A stretch of DNA of 64,000 bases from Nitrospiraceae bacterium (GTDB taxonomy: Bacteria; Nitrospirota; Thermodesulfovibrionia; UBA6902). The position numbers were made by a program, and so were the translations under genes. Shown here piece after piece: positions 29,673 to 40,168 of this stretch. The notes beneath the pieces were generated by a model, which was given only the letters and a program-made list of their open reading frames with translations, ran no database searches and was not told the origin of the DNA. Within the stretch, counting starts at the first letter, position 1, and every line of letters begins with the position of its first letter. The stretch covers positions 265,284-329,283 of the forward strand of contig CP070632.1 of assembly GCA_020356065.1 (NCBI GenBank). Direction: 5' to 3'.

Positions 29673-30445
29673 GACACCTTTGACTCCCCGGCATAATTGC
29701 GCTTTGACGGATGGGGATAAAATGTCGCGCCCTTGAGCTTGAGGCGGAGGGCCTGCCAATAGATGGCGCCGGTTATTTTCATATTCATAAAAGGATATTT
29801 CATGAGCATACGGGACAGTTCATGACTCGAAATTTCATGACGGTTCATGGACAGTTCCGCATCAAAGATTTTTCCCCCCTTTTTATAGCTTGTCATGAGG
29901 ACATGGACCGAATCTGAAGGCTCGCTGAATTCCCATTCATACCTGATGTCCATATCCATGAAGGGAGAAATATGGAATTCCTTGGATATCCGGAACTTTT
30001 TCACTTCATCAACTCCCTCGTTCTGTTCCTCGCCAAGCACATAACAGAACAGCTCCCCCCATGGAGTATTGTGAATCTCTACAATAATTGTCTCAACCCG
30101 CCTGCCCTCTTTATCAAAGCAATAATAAAAGCTCACGGGATTGAAATAATAACCAAAATACCTCATCTGTGTAAGCATTCTTATCGCCCCCTCCGGCCGA
30201 GCGCCGAGTCTCTCTTCGACTATACCCCTAACCGCATGATCAAGGGGGACAGAGGGGTCTCCGAGATGGTACGTCCTGTCGAAAGAGGCAATATTGAAAT
30301 GGTCTGCAGACCAGAGCCAACGTCCCCTGAATACATCCTCCAGTTCTTTCAGGTCAAGGTACATCATAAAAAGTGAGTATCGGAACGTGTTAGATGGTTT
30401 TTTCCTTCCATGCCGTACAACACCCTCATATATGCAGCTCTCCAT
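29669..30445 (-). CDS. DUF1365 family protein
   Basis: FNPVSFYYC, EIHNTPWGE, KEFHISPFM, IYWQALRL. Confidence 0.92.
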   Translation of the reverse strand: MESCIYEGVVRHGRKKPSNTFRYSLFMMYLDLKELEDVFRGRWLWSADHFNIASFDRTYHLGDPSVPLDHAVRGIVEERLGARPEGAIRMLTQMRYFGYYFNPVSFYYCFDKEGRRVETIIVEIHNTPWGELFCYVLGEEQNEGVDEVKKFRISKEFHISPFMDMDIRYEWEFSEPSDSVHVLMTSYKKGGKIFDAELSMNRHEISSHELSRMLMKYPFMNMKITGAIYWQALRLKLKGATFYPHPSKRNYAGESKVS

Positions 30446-30446
30446 A

Positions 30447-31688
30447 TCAGAGTCCTTTCCCGAAATATGTGCATGCTGCCAGTGCGCTCTTTACCCCGTC
30501 CTCATGAAAACCATAGCCCCAATAGGCCCCGCAAAAATGAGTACGATTTCGGCCGCTTATTTCTGAGTGTCTTTTCTGTGCTGCTATAGCATCTTTGGTA
30601 AAAACAGGATGATGGTAGAGATACTGTCCGATTTTTTTATCTGCTTCAATATATTCCTCTCTGTTAAGGGTAACACAGAACTCCTCGAAAGACGTGATAG
30701 ATTGAAGTATATTCATATCATAGGTAAGACATGCACGGCCCGAATCCTCTTTTGGTATAAGATAATTCCAGCTTGACCAGATATTGCGTAAAGTGGGAAG
30801 CACTGACGAATCCGTGTGGAGGACCGCAAGATTCTCCTGGTAAGGTATTGAACCAAGGATCTCTTTCTCTGCTCCGGATGCATCAGACAGCAAGGCAAGG
30901 GCCTGATCACTGTGCGTAGCCATCACCACATGATCAAACCGTTCGGTGTTCCCTGATGCAAGACTGAGTTCAACTCCATCAACCTTTCGGATTATTTTCT
31001 TGACAGCACAGTTGAGACGGATCTTGTCAGAGTACGCTGCTGTTAACTTTTCAACATATCGCTCTGATCCACCCTTAATAACAAGCCATTTAAAAGGATT
31101 GATGATATTCAGAAATCCATGATTTTTAAAAAACCGTATGAATGTTCTTAACGGAAATTCCTTGAATGTCTGTGGATCGGTTGACCAAAGGGAAGATCCA
31201 AGCGGAACAACAAAGTGATCATGAAACTTTTTGGAATAGCCTTCTCTTTTCAGATATTGACCTATTTCAATCTCTTCTTTACCATGCATTATACTGTTTA
31301 GTTCACGCCGGAGTCTCAAAATATCATATATCATTCGATAAAAGTTCGGAGAGAGGAGGTTTCTCCTCTGGGCAAAAAACGTATTTAATGTATGGGGACT
31401 GTACTCAAGACCGGTCATTTCATCTTTCACACTGAATGTCATTTTTGTAGATTGAGATTCTACCCCCAACCGGTCCATCATCTTGCAGAAATTGGGATAC
31501 GTCCTCCTGTTAAAGACAATAAATCCAGTGTCTACCGCAAAATGCTGATTGTTCCGCTCCACATCGATGGTATGTGTATGCCCCCCGACATAATCACCGG
31601 CTTCAAAAACGTCGATATCATGTTCACCATGCAGGAGATACGCTGCTGTCATACCTGATATACCACTGCCGACGATGGCGATCTTCAT
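30447..31688 (-). CDS. FAD-dependent oxidoreductase (amine-oxidase family) of the cfa/DUF1365 cluster
   Basis: IAIVGSGISG, GGHTHT, VDTGFIVFN, WSSWNY, GAYWGYGFHEDG. Confidence 0.92.
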   Translation of the reverse strand: MKIAIVGSGISGMTAAYLLHGEHDIDVFEAGDYVGGHTHTIDVERNNQHFAVDTGFIVFNRRTYPNFCKMMDRLGVESQSTKMTFSVKDEMTGLEYSPHTLNTFFAQRRNLLSPNFYRMIYDILRLRRELNSIMHGKEEIEIGQYLKREGYSKKFHDHFVVPLGSSLWSTDPQTFKEFPLRTFIRFFKNHGFLNIINPFKWLVIKGGSERYVEKLTAAYSDKIRLNCAVKKIIRKVDGVELSLASGNTERFDHVVMATHSDQALALLSDASGAEKEILGSIPYQENLAVLHTDSSVLPTLRNIWSSWNYLIPKEDSGRACLTYDMNILQSITSFEEFCVTLNREEYIEADKKIGQYLYHHPVFTKDAIAAQKRHSEISGRNRTHFCGAYWGYGFHEDGVKSALAACTYFGKGL

Positions 31689-32105
31689 TTATGCAATCCA
31701 CCTGTTTAAAATCGCAGCAACATACGTCACGATCGCATTAATCGTTCCCCCCCATAATATGTCCACAATGGACATGCGAAGGGACCATTTACTTACCAGT
31801 GAGTAATTCGTCATGTCGTAGACACCGTAAAGGACAATACCATAGACGAATCCCCAGAACAGTGCCGAGGATGCCATATTATCCGGGGACACCTTTGGCA
31901 GGGCAAAGAGGACAATACCAAGGGGAATGAGGACATAAACAATGCCTGCTGCCCAGATTACAGGTGTGAGCGCCCCGTTGGATATTCGGGCAAGCACTCC
32001 CAGCTCATCCTTGTAAAATTTTGACATAATGACCCCAAGCCAGAGAAAGTCGATAATCAGAAATACCGGGAGAACGGCTGCGTATACTTTTAACGTATGC
32101 ATCAT
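31689..32105 (-). CDS. DUF2177 family membrane protein
   Basis: IDFLWLG, YGVYDMTN, DILWG. Confidence 0.88.
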   Translation of the reverse strand: MMHTLKVYAAVLPVFLIIDFLWLGVIMSKFYKDELGVLARISNGALTPVIWAAGIVYVLIPLGIVLFALPKVSPDNMASSALFWGFVYGIVLYGVYDMTNYSLVSKWSLRMSIVDILWGGTINAIVTYVAAILNRWIA

Positions 32106-32881
32106 TATGCTTCCTTTCTCGGCGGAAGAGGGAAAAAAGCGCTCGTCCGCCGCTTATATGACTGAAATTCCGGATTGTCCTTATACTTTTCTTCAAGAAG
32201 AGGTATGCCAGAAACTTTTAGGATAAGAAACGTAATGGTGAGAGGGCCCGGGAAGGTTGTCCATCCCTGGGGCACAGAAAGAGCGATGATAAACATCCCC
32301 CACCAGAGGATTACTTCACCGAAATAGTTTGGATGTCTCGTATAAGTCCAGAGTCCCTTTGTCATGATTTTTCCCTTGCTGGCAGGTTCCCTTTTATATT
32401 TCATCAGCTGGCAATCCCCCACTGCCTCAAAGGTAAATCCTGCACCCCATAATAATATACCTAGTATATCAAGAACGCCAATGGGATTCTGTCCAAAGGT
32501 AATTATATATGTCACCGGCAGAGAGATAATAATCATGAGAAGCCCCTGAAAAAGAAAGACCTGAAAAAAAGCCCTGATGACAGCATGTCTGCCCCACTCC
32601 TCTTTCCACTGTCTGTATCGGCGATCTTCAGGCTTTCCCCTGTTTCTTATATAGATGTGGAAGGCAAGGCGAACACCCCATATGACTACAAGACTCGTAA
32701 CAAGAAAACCGCGTGGAGTATTGCTCCCGCTGATAATGAGAGCAGTTATCGCAGTCACAATAAAACCGGTACCCCACAGGATATCAGCAATATCATTGCG
32801 ACTCAATACCTGCGCTATAAAAAACCACAGGGTCATATAGATCATGATGACGACTGTTTGTGTGATGAGTACCTCAAACAT
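32105..32881 (-). CDS. DUF1295 family (steroid 5-alpha-reductase-like) membrane protein
   Basis: ADILWG, EDRRY, GLWTYTRHPNYFGE, SGIPLLE. Confidence 0.9.
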   Translation of the reverse strand: MFEVLITQTVVIMIYMTLWFFIAQVLSRNDIADILWGTGFIVTAITALIISGSNTPRGFLVTSLVVIWGVRLAFHIYIRNRGKPEDRRYRQWKEEWGRHAVIRAFFQVFLFQGLLMIIISLPVTYIITFGQNPIGVLDILGILLWGAGFTFEAVGDCQLMKYKREPASKGKIMTKGLWTYTRHPNYFGEVILWWGMFIIALSVPQGWTTFPGPLTITFLILKVSGIPLLEEKYKDNPEFQSYKRRTSAFFPLPPRKEA

Positions 32882-33017
32882 AGCTTTAAGTGGTTACCTG
32901 AGCCTTTTGAAATGTTTCCTTTTCAACTATTTGCATTGTAAAAGAGGCCTCTCTTTCCCCGGCTGCAGGTAAACAGGCTGCTGGAATGACGTTACGATGG
33001 ACATTTTAATTCAGTAC

Positions 33018-33620
33018 TTAATACTCCATTCCCTCGCCCTCCCACTTTTCCCCCTTATTAAGCAATGCATACTTAAGGTTCTCACTGACAGGGTTTTCTC
33101 CAAGCCATATCCGGTAATAAATGGAAGCAAAATCGTATCCCTCTATTACCCCAAGTACTTCATCGTTCAAAGCAAGTTCGGTCCCCTTATCAGGGAAATA
33201 TGTCAAGGAATACCGTCCGCCTTTTTTCACATCACGATACATGTTATGGATCTTTTCAAGTTTTCCTTTGATTTGAAACAGCTCATCCTGAGATGCATTT
33301 TTTTCAAGAAGTTTCTCCCCGGACTCTGCAAACTGCTCTGAAGTCATATCAGTAAGATAATGAAAAACCATTTTTTTTGGTTTATCTTCAAGGACATTTC
33401 CATTTGATACATCCTCCGGTACATACAGAGCTGCCACATATACCTTGAAGAAAAGCCATTTCAGAAGACCTGCTCCCCTCAACCTCAGAACTTCATTGCC
33501 TTCAGTTATCATGTCTTCAAAGTAGACACCATTGATCTCTGCCCCGGATAGTTCACCCGAATTCCAAAGAAGGATCATCGGAATCATTATGTAAAGGATA
33601 ACTTTTCTCATATTACTCAA
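33018..33620 (-). CDS. Chalcone-isomerase-like exported protein
   Basis: Signal peptide, LRGAG...FFKVYVAALY, IWLGENPV. Confidence 0.85.
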   Translation of the reverse strand: MSNMRKVILYIMIPMILLWNSGELSGAEINGVYFEDMITEGNEVLRLRGAGLLKWLFFKVYVAALYVPEDVSNGNVLEDKPKKMVFHYLTDMTSEQFAESGEKLLEKNASQDELFQIKGKLEKIHNMYRDVKKGGRYSLTYFPDKGTELALNDEVLGVIEGYDFASIYYRIWLGENPVSENLKYALLNKGEKWEGEGMEY

Positions 33621-33738
33621 CGCACTTCCTCATAGATAATCATATCAGACATTTGATTTTATGCAAAGGATGATGTTCCCTACCGAATCTGATATATTAA
33701 TCGTATTGCCGCTTCTTCTCATCTGCATTTGTTATAAA

Positions 33739-34632
33739 ATGAGAGAGCCCGAGCACTCTACGATAATGTTTAAAAACGAAGCTGAAAATTTTTACAATTA
33801 TCTCAGAATAAACGGATTATCCAGGTCGGCCCGAAAATTCAGGACTCTGGTATACCGCTTCTACAGGGACAATGCCCGTGAAAATTTACCCTGGCGCAAC
33901 ACTGATGATCCTTATCACATACTCGTTTCGGAAATCATGCTGCAGCAGACGCAAATTGAAAGGGTCATGAACAAATATCCTTTATTTTTATCAAAATTCC
34001 CTGACTTCCGATCACTTGCCCGCGCAAGGCTTCGCTCCCTGTATAAAGTCTGGCAGGGCATGGGATATAACCGCCGTGCACTTGCCTTAAAAAACATTGC
34101 CCGAGTGGTTGTAACATCCCCCTATGAAGGAAATCTGCCTTCGGATGTGGATGAGCTCATGGCTATGCCCTTTATCGGTCAGTCAACAGCTGGAGCAGTT
34201 GCTGCATTTGCATTTCACAAGCCTTCAATATTTATTGAAACGAATATACGCAGGGTATTTATTCATTTTTTCTTCAGGGAACAGGGACGGGTAGCGGACC
34301 GGCACATTTTGCCATTGATAGAAAAAACGCTCGACAGAAAAGATCCACGAAACTGGTACTACGCACTCATGGATTACGGGGCGGCACTGAGATATCTTAA
34401 AGACAATCCAAATTTAAAAAGCACCCTATATAAAAAACAGAGTACTTTTGCAGGCTCAAAACGTCAGATGAGGGGGAAGATCCTGCGTCTCATCAGTGAA
34501 AAGCAGAGTATACCTTTGAAGGATTTACAAGGACAATTGAATATGTCCTGTGATAAGATTGAAAAAATTATCGATGAGCTCTGTGATGAAGGCTTTATTA
34601 AAAAGAAGGGATGTTATATCAGAATGGGTTAG
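33739..34632 (+). CDS. mutY: MutY-like HhH-GPD adenine glycosylase (start uncertain)
   Basis: LPWR, DPYHILVSEIMLQQTQ, WQGMGYNRRA, ALMDYG. Confidence 0.82.
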   Translation: MREPEHSTIMFKNEAENFYNYLRINGLSRSARKFRTLVYRFYRDNARENLPWRNTDDPYHILVSEIMLQQTQIERVMNKYPLFLSKFPDFRSLARARLRSLYKVWQGMGYNRRALALKNIARVVVTSPYEGNLPSDVDELMAMPFIGQSTAGAVAAFAFHKPSIFIETNIRRVFIHFFFREQGRVADRHILPLIEKTLDRKDPRNWYYALMDYGAALRYLKDNPNLKSTLYKKQSTFAGSKRQMRGKILRLISEKQSIPLKDLQGQLNMSCDKIEKIIDELCDEGFIKKKGCYIRMG

Positions 34633-34642
34633 AGTTAATGAC

Positions 34643-34781
34643 CGATGTCAAAACTCACATGCCAAATGAATGTCAACTGACTTTAAGCAGTAAATAAATC
34701 GTTCAAATTTACCAGTGAAGTCTCTTTTGACTTTTGCCATTGGAACTTGAATTGACATTTGGATTTTATCATTTGACATTT
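34643..34781. repeat. Degenerate 7-bp repeat palindromic element (NNCAAAT / ATTTGNN type)
   Basis: atgtcaaaactcacatgccaaatgaatgtcaa ... attgacatttggattttatcatttgacattt. Confidence 0.65.
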
Positions 34782-34808
34782 AACTACCTCCATACCCTAT
34801 AGTTTCTG

Positions 34809-36167
34809 ATGCAAATTATGATTGATACACGTGTAAGAATCATTAAGCAAGGGAAAATAGTCAGAGGGCCAGTGGTCTACTGGATGAGCAGGGACCAAAG
34901 GATCGCTGATAACTGGGCACTCCTTTATGCCCAGCGTATTGCCTTACAACAGAAATCCCCGCTTGTTGTGGCATTCTGCCTTGTCCCGCATTTCCTTGAG
35001 GCAACGATCAGGCAATACGGATTTATGCTCAGGGGGCTTCAGGAGCTGGAAGCAGGTCTGCATGAGAAGAACATCTCATTTGTTCTGACAGCAGGCTCAC
35101 CCGAAGAGCAGATACCGCGACTGGTGAAAAAGCTCAAGGTCGCCTGCCTGATTACTGACTTTGATCCTTTGCGGATCAAGAGGAAGTGGAAGGCAGAGGT
35201 GGGAAAGAAAATTGATATCCCATTTCATGAAGTTGATGCCCACAATATCATCCCCTGCTGGATTGCTTCTCCTAAGCAGGAATATGCTGCATATACGATC
35301 CGTCCGAAGATTAGCAGGCTGTTGCCAAAATACCTTGATTCATTTCCTTCCCTTAAAAGGCATCCCTCTGAATTAAAGGAGAAACAGGCCCTCACTAAAT
35401 GGGAAGATGTATATTCATCCCTCAGGATTAACCATAAAGTTGGGGAAGTAACATGGCTGAAGCCGGGAGAAAAGGCAGCAAAAAAAGCCCTGAAACATTT
35501 CGCAGAAAAGAAATTGCGGCTTTATGATTCACAGCGAAATGACCCGACTATTGATGGACAGTCAAATCTTTCGCCCTATCTGCATTTCGGTCATATCTCA
35601 GGGCAGCGGGTGACCCTTGAAGTTCAGTCACGTAAGGCGCCAAATAAGGACAGAGAGGCCTTTCTTGAAGAGCTTATTGTGCGACGTGAATTGTCAGACA
35701 ATTTCTGTTATTACAATGACCATTATGATTCATTTGAGGGCTTTCCTTCCTGGGCAAAGGAATCACTTAATAAATACAGGAAGAAACCCCGCGAATATAT
35801 ATACACTCTGAAGCAGTTCGAACATGCAGAAACTCATGACAGGTTATGGAATGCAGCCCAGCTGGAAATGACATCCCGTGGAAAGATGCACGGTTACATG
35901 AGGATGTACTGGGCTAAAAAAATTCTGGAGTGGTCGGAATCCCCGGAGCGGGCAATGGAAATCGCCATATTTCTGAATGACAGATATGAGCTTGACGGGA
36001 GAGATCCCAACGGATACGTCGGAATCGCATGGAGTATTGGGGGTGTGCATGACAGGGCATGGAATGAAAGACGCGTCTTCGGTAAGGTGCGATACATGAG
36101 TTATAATGGATGCAAGGGTAAATTTGATGTAATAAAATATATTGAGGAAAATGGCGGGAATGACTGA
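34809..36167 (+). CDS. phr: Class II CPD photolyase
   Basis: [60 protein letters not shown]. Confidence 0.95.
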   Translation: MQIMIDTRVRIIKQGKIVRGPVVYWMSRDQRIADNWALLYAQRIALQQKSPLVVAFCLVPHFLEATIRQYGFMLRGLQELEAGLHEKNISFVLTAGSPEEQIPRLVKKLKVACLITDFDPLRIKRKWKAEVGKKIDIPFHEVDAHNIIPCWIASPKQEYAAYTIRPKISRLLPKYLDSFPSLKRHPSELKEKQALTKWEDVYSSLRINHKVGEVTWLKPGEKAAKKALKHFAEKKLRLYDSQRNDPTIDGQSNLSPYLHFGHISGQRVTLEVQSRKAPNKDREAFLEELIVRRELSDNFCYYNDHYDSFEGFPSWAKESLNKYRKKPREYIYTLKQFEHAETHDRLWNAAQLEMTSRGKMHGYMRMYWAKKILEWSESPERAMEIAIFLNDRYELDGRDPNGYVGIAWSIGGVHDRAWNERRVFGKVRYMSYNGCKGKFDVIKYIEENGGND

Positions 36168-36633
36168 GATCCCATTCAACAAATCTCAGGGTGAGGTCAA
36201 TGTCACAGAGAGACTTCAATTCCTGGATAGAAAACAGAGGCATGCCGTACTGGCAACTGTATCAAACGGTCGACCTTATACTTCGCTTGTGGCCTTTGCC
36301 CTTACTCCTGATGCCACGGGGCTTCTGTTTGCAACACCGAAAAAGACTACGAAATACACTAATATGCTTAAGAACAGCAATGTTTCTATTCTTATTGACA
36401 GTCGGAAAAACACGGCAAAAGGATATATGGAGTCCGAAGCCGTCACCATAACAGGAACTGCAACAGCTATCAGGAAGGGAAGAAGGAGGGATATGCTGGC
36501 CGGAATTTTCAGGGAAAAACATCCCGAATTGGGCGGGTTTGTCAATGCTGCCTCTACCGCGCTTGTTCTGGTTGCGTTCGATAAGATTATTCATGCAGGC
36601 AAATTTCAAATAATTTCCAAATGGCAAAAATAA
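36151..36633 (+). CDS. Pyridoxamine 5'-phosphate oxidase-like (split-barrel FMN-binding) protein
   Basis: [28 protein letters not shown]. Confidence 0.85.
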   Translation: MAGMTEIPFNKSQGEVNVTERLQFLDRKQRHAVLATVSNGRPYTSLVAFALTPDATGLLFATPKKTTKYTNMLKNSNVSILIDSRKNTAKGYMESEAVTITGTATAIRKGRRRDMLAGIFREKHPELGGFVNAASTALVLVAFDKIIHAGKFQIISKWQK

Positions 36634-36643
36634 ATGAGGTAAT

Positions 36644-37612
36644 ATGGATGATCTGAAACTGACATCAGAAGACAGAGTATTGATACTCGGAGCAACCGGC
36701 TTTATCGGAAAGCGGCTTGTAAGGGAGCTTGCAGAAGAAAACATAAAAATGCGTATCCTTGCCCGTACGCCGTCCAGGGCAAAAGACATAGCTCCCAAAG
36801 GTACAGATGCAGAGATTGTACAGGGAGATGTTACAAAAAAGGAAACGTTGGAAAAAGCCCTTGAAGGAATCCATTCGGCATATTACCTTGTTCATTCAAT
36901 GGGGGGCAAAAGTCTTCTGAAAAATACGGAATTTGCAGAAAAAGACAAAAAAGCAGCAAAAAACTTTATTTCTTCCGCTGACAAAACAGGACTGAAGAGA
37001 GTCATATATCTCGGCGGGCTGGGAGAAAAAGGCGAAGGCCTCTCTGAACATCTGCAAAGCCGTGCCGAGGTAGGGAACATTCTCTCTTCAGGAAAGGCAT
37101 CAGCAACAATTCTTCGGGCCGCTGTTATCATAGGCGCCGGCGGAGCATCCTATGAAATGTTGCGTTATCTTGTGGAAAGGCTTCCGGTCATGACCTGTCC
37201 AAAATGGATCAGGACAAGAATACAGCCTATCGCCTTACGGGACGTTGTCCTGTACCTTGTTGGATGCCTGAAGAATCCGGAAACAGCCGGACAGACCTTT
37301 GATATCGGGGGACCTGACATCATGACCTACAAGTCAATGATGGTACAGTATGCCGATGCAAGGGGACTAGCGAAAAGAATAATTATTGACCTGCCGTTTA
37401 TTACTCCTTCCCTATCTGCTTACTGGGTAGACCTCGTCACTCCCATACCATCGGGAATAGCACATCCCCTTATTGAGGGAATGAAAAATGAGGTCATCTG
37501 TAAAGACAACCGTATTGATGAATTTGTTCATATTCAAAAAACCCCTTTCAGGGAAGCGGTGCAGGCCGCTTTTGCTGAAGAGACAAGCGGGCCGGGCGTG
37601 ACAGGATTCTGA
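36644..37612 (+). CDS. NAD(P)H-binding atypical SDR (YbjT-like)
   Basis: GATGFIG, AYYLVHSM, LSEHLQSR, ERLPVM, QPIA. Confidence 0.88.
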   Translation: MDDLKLTSEDRVLILGATGFIGKRLVRELAEENIKMRILARTPSRAKDIAPKGTDAEIVQGDVTKKETLEKALEGIHSAYYLVHSMGGKSLLKNTEFAEKDKKAAKNFISSADKTGLKRVIYLGGLGEKGEGLSEHLQSRAEVGNILSSGKASATILRAAVIIGAGGASYEMLRYLVERLPVMTCPKWIRTRIQPIALRDVVLYLVGCLKNPETAGQTFDIGGPDIMTYKSMMVQYADARGLAKRIIIDLPFITPSLSAYWVDLVTPIPSGIAHPLIEGMKNEVICKDNRIDEFVHIQKTPFREAVQAAFAEETSGPGVTGF

Positions 37613-38041
37613 ATGGAAATAGAACACTCAGTCACAATACATGCTGATATCACTACCGTCTGGGACATCTTTACTGATCTCACATGCTGGAGAGAGTGGA
37701 GCACTGTTCTGGGAGACAGCTCATCAGAACAAGACAGGCTGACAAAAGGAAAACGCTTCAAATTCTGCATTCGCCCATTTACTTTCCCTGTTCATGTTGA
37801 ACCTGTTGTGGAAGAAGTTGTTCCGGGAGAGCGTATTATATGGTCAGGGGAAAAGTACGGAATACAGGCGCGCCACGAGTTCATCTTCAGTGAATTACAC
37901 AACAGCGTCCAGGTACTGAGCAGGGAAATTTTCACTGCCCGCGCTATCAACAAGCTGCTATTTCATATACCTAAAAAAAAGCTTCATGAGCTTTCAATAA
38001 AAATGCTTAATGAGCTGAAAGAGGCCTCGGAAAGAGCTTAA
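37613..38041 (+). CDS. SRPBCC/START-fold protein
   Basis: IEHSVTIHA...VWDIFTDLTCWREW, ARHEF. Confidence 0.8.
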   Translation: MEIEHSVTIHADITTVWDIFTDLTCWREWSTVLGDSSSEQDRLTKGKRFKFCIRPFTFPVHVEPVVEEVVPGERIIWSGEKYGIQARHEFIFSELHNSVQVLSREIFTARAINKLLFHIPKKKLHELSIKMLNELKEASERA

Positions 38042-38053
38042 GAGGGAGAGTCT

Positions 38054-39004
38054 GTGAAAGAAAAAATAAAACTGGGAATCAGCACCTGTCTCCTTGGAGA
38101 AAATGTCCGTTATGACGGAGGACATCAGCATGACCGTTATTTAACCGGCACCCTAGGCAAGTATGTCAGTTGGTACCCGGTCTGCCCCGAGGTTGAATGC
38201 GGCCTGCCTGTGCCAAGGGAAGCTATGCGCCTTGTCGGTGAACCGGACTCACCCCGCTTGATGACGAGAAAGACAGGGATTGATCATACAGAAAAGATGC
38301 AGAGCTGGATCCGGGGGAAGTTAAAGAAGCTGGAAGAGCAAGACCTTTGCGGATTCATTTTTAAAAGCAAATCGCCAAGTTCCGGGTACAGCGGGGTAAA
38401 AGTATACTCATCATCAGGGACCCCCGGGAAAAAGGGGATGGGTATATTTGCTGCTGCATTTATTGATCACTTCCCCCTTGTCCCGGTTGAAGATGACGGC
38501 AGGCTTCATGATCCTCTGATTAGAGAGAATTTTATAGAAAGAGTGTTTGTGTTCAGACACTGGAAAAAAACGCTTCAGAAAAATACAGGAGTGAAAGGAC
38601 TGATAGCGTTTCATACAGCCCACAAACTCCTTCTTATGGCGCACAGCCAGAAAGACTACTCTCTTCTCGGCAAAATGGTCGCCGGAGCAGGGAAAAAGGC
38701 GGACAAGAATTTCTTTCATGAATATATCACCACCTTCATGGATGCGGTTAAACTGCAGGCAACGTCGAAAAAGAACACCAATGTCCTTATGCACCTTGCC
38801 GGTTATTTCAAAAAAAATCTTACAAAAGATGAAAAAGCCGAGCTTCTTGAAGTCATTGAAAACTACCACATGGGAATCATTCCCCTTATCGTTCCCATTA
38901 CCTTAATCAATCACTATGTTCGCAAGTACGATGAACCGTACCTGAAAAAACAGTACTATCTAAATCCTCACCCTGCAGAGCTCATGCTGAGAAATCATGT
39001 GTAA
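38054..39004 (+). CDS. DUF523 + DUF1722 (YbgA-like) protein
   Basis: STCLLGENVRYDG, VCPEVE, KSPSSG, RENFIERVF, NVLMHLAGYFK. Confidence 0.9.
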   Translation: MKEKIKLGISTCLLGENVRYDGGHQHDRYLTGTLGKYVSWYPVCPEVECGLPVPREAMRLVGEPDSPRLMTRKTGIDHTEKMQSWIRGKLKKLEEQDLCGFIFKSKSPSSGYSGVKVYSSSGTPGKKGMGIFAAAFIDHFPLVPVEDDGRLHDPLIRENFIERVFVFRHWKKTLQKNTGVKGLIAFHTAHKLLLMAHSQKDYSLLGKMVAGAGKKADKNFFHEYITTFMDAVKLQATSKKNTNVLMHLAGYFKKNLTKDEKAELLEVIENYHMGIIPLIVPITLINHYVRKYDEPYLKKQYYLNPHPAELMLRNHV

Positions 39005-39016
39005 GGGTCATTAAGA

Positions 39017-39910
39017 TCAGACAATTCTTCTGCTAATCACCGGTTCAAGAGATGATATGATGCGGCCATTATCAAATATCGTTACCCTGCCGGTGCTCTC
39101 TGAAACAACAACCGCAACCGCCTCTGTCTTCCGGGTCATTCCTGCAGCAGCCCTGTGACGGGATCCCAGTCCCCTGAGCTGCCTGGTAACTGCGCCTGCA
39201 GCGTCAAGGTGCCTTCCGGCAGCCTCGATCACCCCGGTGTCCGAAATTATAATCGCCCCGTCAAGCTGTGCAAACTCCTTTATGCTCTCAACGACTTCGG
39301 AACGAGTGATGATTCTTTCTTTTTTTGGATAACCCTTAAATGGATTAAATACAGCCTGGTGAGATGACTTAAGCACCTCTTCGGTATCCCCTATAATAAA
39401 TGTAGTTCCTATTGACTTCCCTTCTCTGCCCAGTGCACCTATATCAAGGGCAATATCTACCACAGCCATGACCGCATTCAGTGCCCGCTTTGATATGAGA
39501 AGACGCGGATCAAAAGGAAACTCTTCACTCCACGAAAGTGCGAGGTCATGGACCGTGACGGTATCGAGATGCCCCTTCCCCCATGGGCCCAGCACACATA
39601 CAACCCTGCTGTCAGGTTTTATCAGTCCCTGCATCACACCATGGAAAAAAGCATACTTTATCTGAGAGAACCTCGTCTGATTGCCTGACCAGCTTCTGAT
39701 TGCAGTAACTCCCGCTTTCTTAAGTTCAATGTCCCTTATACCTAATGTATGGGGGATTACAATGATAACGTTGTCATCTTTATACATGCCCGATTTTAAA
39801 AACCACCGGCATATCCGGGTGGTATTAAGAAAAAGAAAAATGCAGTTACTCTCTGTTTTCTCTGAAATATCAAGGGCGGATTCTATTATTACGCTTTTCT
39901 GATCTTTCAT
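39017..39910 (-). CDS. Diadenylate cyclase (DAC/DisA_N domain) with DacZ-like N-terminal domain
   Basis: GREGKSIGT, NPFKG, KEFAQLDGA, GLGSRHRAAA, VVVSESTG. Confidence 0.88.
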   Translation of the reverse strand: MKDQKSVIIESALDISEKTESNCIFLFLNTTRICRWFLKSGMYKDDNVIIVIPHTLGIRDIELKKAGVTAIRSWSGNQTRFSQIKYAFFHGVMQGLIKPDSRVVCVLGPWGKGHLDTVTVHDLALSWSEEFPFDPRLLISKRALNAVMAVVDIALDIGALGREGKSIGTTFIIGDTEEVLKSSHQAVFNPFKGYPKKERIITRSEVVESIKEFAQLDGAIIISDTGVIEAAGRHLDAAGAVTRQLRGLGSRHRAAAGMTRKTEAVAVVVSESTGRVTIFDNGRIISSLEPVISRRIV

Positions 39911-39997
39911 ATATTAGCCAAAACGATTCTCGTTACCATCATTCATTATTTTTATTTCATACTTCTTACTTCTCACTTTTGAGTTCTGACTTATCTT

Positions 39998-40168
39998 TTA
40001 CCCATGGAACATGCTAAATACATACAGTGAAACCAGATAAACAACAAATACCAGAACAAGCACAGCAGGAATTGATGCTAATGCCAGTTTCAGCATGAAT
40101 GACATCATGGCGCCAACCGGCATTCGAATGTCTGTCACAATAACTTCTTTACTTACCTCGTTTTCCAT
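39998..40168 (-). CDS. Small membrane protein
   Basis: GGAGGGGG RBS; VIVTDIRMP...KLALASIPA plus a TM helix. Confidence 0.65.
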   Translation of the reverse strand: MENEVSKEVIVTDIRMPVGAMMSFMLKLALASIPAVLVLVFVVYLVSLYVFSMFHG

